A DNA stretch of 27,524 nucleotides from the IMG/VR virus record IMGVR_UViG_3300028586_000066, positions 1-27,524 of that record, one strand, 5' to 3'. Position 1 is the stretch's first letter. Every line of letters begins with the position of its first letter. The DNA comes from a virus (Duplodnaviria > Caudoviricetes). The translations under genes and the position numbers were made by a program. Of this stretch, positions 23,124-27,524 are shown one piece after another. Below the pieces are notes generated by a model that saw nothing but the letters and a program-made list of their open reading frames with translations, searched no databases and was not told the DNA's origin.

Positions 23124-25276
23124 TGGCTGGCAAGGTAACCACCCAACTCGTCATCGAGGGTAAGAACAACTCCAAGGCGGCCTTCGATCAGGTGAACCGC
23201 CAGCTCGAAGATATGAACGGCAAGTTGGCAACCGCAGGGCGCACGCTAGTCGCAGCGTTCTCGGTGTCAGCCTTGACCGGTGCCATCCGCGGTATCGGCG
23301 AAGCAGCAGACAGCTACAATCTCATGAACGCCCGGCTCAAGCTGGCTACTGGCAGCCAAGAAGAATTCAACACTGCGCAAAGCGAACTGCGGCGGATCGC
23401 ACTTTCGACTCAGACGCCGTTGTCGTCTCTGGCCACGCTTTACGGTCGCATCAGCCGGCCCCTCAAAGAGGCTGGCCGATCGCAGGCTGACATCCTCAAG
23501 GTTACCGAGGCAGTGGCCACTTCTTTCCGCGTATCCGGTGCTTCGGCGCAGGAGGCAGAGAACGGAGTGATCCAGTTTGCTCAGGCGCTCGGCGCCGGCG
23601 CGCTAAGGGGCGACGAGTTCAACTCTGTCGCGGAGCAGGCTCCAAGGCTGATGCAGGCGCTCGCCGATAGCCTGAAGGTGCCCATCGGCTCGTTGAAGGA
23701 AATGGCTGCTCAGGGGTTACTAACCGCTGACGTAGTTACAACCGCACTCGTGGGTCAGCTTGATACCCTTCGAGCAGAAGCCGAGCAGCTTCCCGAGACT
23801 GTTGGCGGCGCCATGACGGCGCTGAGCGACAGCATCAACAAGGCAATTGGTAGCGCGGATGTTCAGCCTCTCATTGATGGTATCAACGAACTTAACAAAG
23901 TGGTTCAAGACCCTTCGACTATCGAAGGTCTCGCATCGCTTAGTGGCGCGTTGGCGCGTATAGGCTCTTCAGCTGTCGGGTCGGCGGCTGACCTTGGCTT
24001 GATTGGGCAGCAGATTGGCCTCTGGGCCGCCCAGTTTTCCGGCTCCGCTACAGAGCTCGACCGAGTCAATCATGAGATCAAAGAGCTGGAAAAGGTCCGC
24101 TCTGAAACAGGTCTATTCGACTCCCTGGCATCGATGTTTTTCGAAGATGGAGAGCTGGATTCCAAAATTACCGAGCTTCGACGCTACCGGCAGCAGCTAA
24201 TCGAGCAGCAGAGCGGTCTGAACGCTGAGCTGGAGTTTCTTGCAGATGTTGCAAATGCGGCTGCAGAGGCAGCTCGTCAGAGCGATATCAATTCAAGGGT
24301 GCAGTATGTAGCCCGAGTTAAGGGCATCCAAGACGACTATGTGAAGGCCGCTGATAAGGCTTCCAAGGAACTGGTTGCTGCTGAACGCCGTGCCACTTCA
24401 GAACTTGGCCGAGTCCGTGACGAGCGTCTGGCCATTGAAAAGCGGTACAGCACTGTTTTAGCTACCCTCGGACAGGGCCAGGGCAGTACCTTTGGCGATG
24501 CCCAGAGACTCAAGGCGGCGGCCAACAGCGCACTGCGCTCCGGTGATGTTGAGGCCGCTAAAGCAAATGCCCAGGCCGCCGTGCAGATCCTTCAGCAACT
24601 GGCCAGCGCAGGCGAGAATACCTACGGTTTCAAGGGCTTCATCAATGAGCTGCGCGGCATTGAGCTGGCCGCAAACGACATTGAAGACACTCGGGCCGAG
24701 GAGAAGGTCAAGGCCATCCAGGAAAGCATGCGAGAGCTCAAGGCTGAGGCTGACAAGCTGAAAGAGATGCCTGTGTCGGTGAAGTCAGACGACGCCAGTT
24801 TGCAGGCTGTGCGTACGCAGATCCAAACGCTAGTCGAGCAACTTAGCAAAACCGAAATCGTTCTTCCGGTGCGACTTGCAACACCGCAGGGCGCCGACTC
24901 GGATGGCTGGTACACCCTTCAAGATCCCGGTCCCGTCCCTGGCTTTGCCAAGGGCACCCAGGCCGCGCCACCTGGTTACGCCTGGGTTGGTGAGAGCGGC
25001 CCCGAGCTGGTGAACTTCCGAGGCGGTGAGCAGGTGCTGACCGCCGCGGCGTCACGCAATCTCGCGTCGACCATGGCCGGCATCAGCTTGGGGGCAGGAA
25101 GCACCTCAGCGCTTACCGAGGCCGCAATATCGGCACCCGCCACGCCAAGCTTCCCGAACCTTGGTCGCGTGATGTTCGAGGGCGGCGGCGAGTCGATCCC
25201 CATGTACGTGGCGCCTGACCAAGCGCTCAACCTGCAGCGCCTTGCTGCCAAGTTCGGCGGCACCAAGCGCCGATAA
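23123..25276 (+). CDS. Tape measure protein
   Basis: 717 aa, Ala-rich helical; tape-measure domain QFAQALGAGALRGDEFNSVAEQAP; C-terminal FAKGT...VGESGPEL. Confidence 0.93.
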   Translation: MAGKVTTQLVIEGKNNSKAAFDQVNRQLEDMNGKLATAGRTLVAAFSVSALTGAIRGIGEAADSYNLMNARLKLATGSQEEFNTAQSELRRIALSTQTPLSSLATLYGRISRPLKEAGRSQADILKVTEAVATSFRVSGASAQEAENGVIQFAQALGAGALRGDEFNSVAEQAPRLMQALADSLKVPIGSLKEMAAQGLLTADVVTTALVGQLDTLRAEAEQLPETVGGAMTALSDSINKAIGSADVQPLIDGINELNKVVQDPSTIEGLASLSGALARIGSSAVGSAADLGLIGQQIGLWAAQFSGSATELDRVNHEIKELEKVRSETGLFDSLASMFFEDGELDSKITELRRYRQQLIEQQSGLNAELEFLADVANAAAEAARQSDINSRVQYVARVKGIQDDYVKAADKASKELVAAERRATSELGRVRDERLAIEKRYSTVLATLGQGQGSTFGDAQRLKAAANSALRSGDVEAAKANAQAAVQILQQLASAGENTYGFKGFINELRGIELAANDIEDTRAEEKVKAIQESMRELKAEADKLKEMPVSVKSDDASLQAVRTQIQTLVEQLSKTEIVLPVRLATPQGADSDGWYTLQDPGPVPGFAKGTQAAPPGYAWVGESGPELVNFRGGEQVLTAAASRNLASTMAGISLGAGSTSALTEAAISAPATPSFPNLGRVMFEGGGESIPMYVAPDQALNLQRLAAKFGGTKRR

Positions 25277-25278
25277 CC

Positions 25279-25306
25279 AGCCCGCCACCCGGCGGGCTTT
25301 CTGTTT
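25279..25306 (+). terminator. Hairpin/terminator after the tape measure gene
   Basis: AGCCCGCC-accc-GGCGGGCT followed by TTCTGTTT. Confidence 0.7.
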
Positions 25307-25320
25307 CTGGAGCATCACCC

Positions 25321-25824
25321 ATGGCACACCTCCACATCATGCTCGGCGGTGTGCCGATCGTGACGCACGCTGGCGCGCCTGATCAAAGCGTAGCGCCCAT
25401 CGGCGGCAGCGCCGTGCTGCGCATGAGCGGTGGCGCCGGTATTAAACAGCAGCACTGGGCGAAAGCATCCGGCAGTGTCAGCGGCAACGGAATGATGCCG
25501 CCGGGCCTCGACGGCCTGAATTACTCGGTACCGCTGGAGCTCCGCCTTACCGAAGTGGAGAACATGGTCGGCCCCGGCCCTGAATTCTTGCTAACCAGCA
25601 CGCCACGGGAGGACAAAGCGCCCTGGGCGTTCTACCAGCTTGAGGATCAGCTCTGGCACCGCTGCGCCTGCAGCTTCGCCGACGGGGTGGTGACCGTGCC
25701 GCCCGTGGCTGGCGCTATTCGCTACCAGGTGGCGTGGATGCCCGTGTATTCCGTATTCACTGACAAGCCACCAAAAACGCAGAACACCAGCCACGGTTGG
25801 TCGTTTTCCTGGGAAGAGGCCTGA
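25321..25824 (+). CDS. Tail-tip protein (distal-tail position)
   Basis: GGAG RBS; first gene after tape measure; ends WSFSWEEA. Function inferred from synteny. Confidence 0.65.
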   Translation: MAHLHIMLGGVPIVTHAGAPDQSVAPIGGSAVLRMSGGAGIKQQHWAKASGSVSGNGMMPPGLDGLNYSVPLELRLTEVENMVGPGPEFLLTSTPREDKAPWAFYQLEDQLWHRCACSFADGVVTVPPVAGAIRYQVAWMPVYSVFTDKPPKTQNTSHGWSFSWEEA

Positions 25825-25826
25825 CC

Positions 25827-27524
25827 ATGATCAACGGATCGCCGCTCAACAGCGGGCCGCTGAACACGCTCCGGGCCGGGGTGGCACCGCAGCCTGAGCC
25901 GGAGTACCGCGTGCATGGCACCTCCTACGTGTGGCGGGTGCGGTTGCTGGTGGGTGGGCTGGACATGACCAGCATTCTCACAGGCCAGCTAGACGTGGAC
26001 CGGGAAGAGGGCGCCGCCGCGGTGGCGGGCTTCAGCCTCTACCTGGCGCCCGGGCACCCGGTGCTGCCGCATGAGTGGATCGGCAAGGCCGTGACGCTCG
26101 ACTACATCAGCCGCGATCGCTACGGCGTGGTGACCGAAGCGCGCCTGTACACCGGCCTGCTCGAGCTGCCCACCTGGGACGCCACCACCCGCGTGCTCGC
26201 CTGCGAGTGCAGCGACCAGCTGCAGCAGCGCATCGAGGGCTTGAGCGTTGAGCAGATCGACGCGCTGTGCGGCGGCTACTGGTCGGCGGATGTGTTCGAG
26301 CCGGTCGAAGGCCGCAGCCGCTGGGACTACGCCGGCGAACGCCTGAGCACACGCCCCGCCAGTCTCGATTGCGACGCCGCCGGCAACTTGCGCGTGACCA
26401 GCTGGTACGCCGCCGCCTTGCCGCACTACGTGTTTGGCCCAGGCCAGACGCTGGACGGCAGCGTGCAGCTTGAGCTGCAGGCCCACGGCGGCACCACGAA
26501 TTATGTCGAGATTACCCTCGACTACCGTTACGCGCGCTTGTGGCAGCTCAACCAGTCGTTCGGCTGGACGCATTCAGGCATGGGCGGCCTCAGCGGCATG
26601 CAGGGCTTCTGCGTGTGGCGTTACCCGAGCACCGAGCTGCCCAGCACGGACATGATCGAGAGCGCGGTCACCGGCACCGGCATGCAGATCATCGGGCGGG
26701 TTGGCGGCTTCCAGCTGCCGCTCACCATGGCCGACCCCTGTAATGACGGCACGCCGTGGATCAACAGCGAAACCGGCCTGTGGCTCAGCGCTTCCGCAAC
26801 AGGCGGCCGGCGCTGGGTGCAGACCGTCACCGAGACTTACAAGCTGGCGCTTTACACGCCGCTGGGCGAAGCAGAAGCCACGCGCGTGATCAGCCGCGAC
26901 TCCAGCAGCTTCGAAGTGGAGAACAGCCGCACCGAAGACTGGGAGAGCGAAGCCCCGAACGGCCAAGGCCGCCGCGAGGAACTGGCAGACGACGCCCGCC
27001 GCGTGGCAGCGCTGGAATGCCTGCTGCACCGCGGCAGCACCACGCTGGTTGAAGCCAACCGCGGCACCACCGTGAGCTGGCAGGTGCCGACCGACATGGC
27101 CTTGGCCATCGACCTGGTGCACACCCTGCGCCTTGATGACAAAGCCCGCGCAACCGGCAAGTGCCGGCGCATACAGCACGTGATCGACCTCGGCGCCGGT
27201 ACCGCCATTACCACCCTCAGCATCGCGGTGATGACGGGCGGCGGCGTGAGCGACCCGCTGCAGGTGCCGGCCAGCCCGGATACCTCGCTGCCGGACCCAT
27301 CCGGCGGCGCGCAGCCGCTGGGCACTTACCTCGGTGGGCGCCCAGGTGCACCACCGTTCGACGAAGACTGGCTGGGCTTCACAGGCAACTGGGCCGGCGC
27401 CGTTGGCGGCGAGCAGTACCCGCGCACCTTCAAGGTGAAACCGCGCGACGTGCCCGCCGAATACCGCGACGAGCAAAAGGCCGAAGCCGCGCGCACGTAC
27501 CGCGTGGGCATACCGAACGATCAA
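25827..27524 (+). CDS. Tail-tip / hub-type protein, truncated by the window end
   Basis: ATG 25827 (MINGSPLNSGPLN...VDREEGAAAVA...); reads in frame to the last base (...RVGIPNDQ); missing from the track because no stop lies in the window. Confidence 0.8.
   Translation, partial: MINGSPLNSGPLNTLRAGVAPQPEPEYRVHGTSYVWRVRLLVGGLDMTSILTGQLDVDREEGAAAVAGFSLYLAPGHPVLPHEWIGKAVTLDYISRDRYGVVTEARLYTGLLELPTWDATTRVLACECSDQLQQRIEGLSVEQIDALCGGYWSADVFEPVEGRSRWDYAGERLSTRPASLDCDAAGNLRVTSWYAAALPHYVFGPGQTLDGSVQLELQAHGGTTNYVEITLDYRYARLWQLNQSFGWTHSGMGGLSGMQGFCVWRYPSTELPSTDMIESAVTGTGMQIIGRVGGFQLPLTMADPCNDGTPWINSETGLWLSASATGGRRWVQTVTETYKLALYTPLGEAEATRVISRDSSSFEVENSRTEDWESEAPNGQGRREELADDARRVAALECLLHRGSTTLVEANRGTTVSWQVPTDMALAIDLVHTLRLDDKARATGKCRRIQHVIDLGAGTAITTLSIAVMTGGGVSDPLQVPASPDTSLPDPSGGAQPLGTYLGGRPGAPPFDEDWLGFTGNWAGAVGGEQYPRTFKVKPRDVPAEYRDEQKAEAARTYRVGIPNDQ

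Noticed and set aside
26574-27524. 316-aa minus-strand ORF at the window end
   Set aside because: Shadow of the plus-strand tail gene starting at 25827, which the track omits because it has no stop in the window.
1-27524. CRISPR array, tRNA/rRNA, IS element, reverse transcriptase/DGR
   Set aside because: No regularly spaced repeats, tRNA-like genes, transposase or RT motifs seen by eye; a tRNAscan/Infernal run would be needed to exclude small RNAs fully.

Overview
The window is the central ~27.5 kb of a temperate lambdoid (HK97-head, long non-contractile tail) prophage; the GC-rich codon usage and gene families suggest a Pseudomonas-type host (inference). Order on the + strand: replication initiator with internal origin-like repeats, DnaC-like loader, nin-like region (Ead/Ea22-like, tyrosine recombinase, RusA-like, Q), late promoter pR'/tR', a terminator-flanked moron, two holin-like genes, HNH, terminase, portal, ClpP-type protease, major capsid, head-tail joining genes and tail tube. 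A ~5.7 kb accessory island follows (16841-22581), then the tail chaperone with a -1 frameshift, tape measure and tail-tip genes that run off the window end. The island holds two antirepressor-like genes (one behind a c4-type antisense RNA), a HEPN-motif gene next to a membrane protein, DUF4236, a DUF6338-like protein with an unannotated proline-rich peptide, a membrane-anchored HIRAN protein and a Zn-ribbon membrane protein, with two LexA-like boxes. It is the best candidate for undescribed anti-phage or exclusion functions. The major capsid protein also carries an unusual hydrophobic N-terminal extension. All family calls come from motif recognition by eye; no database searches were run.
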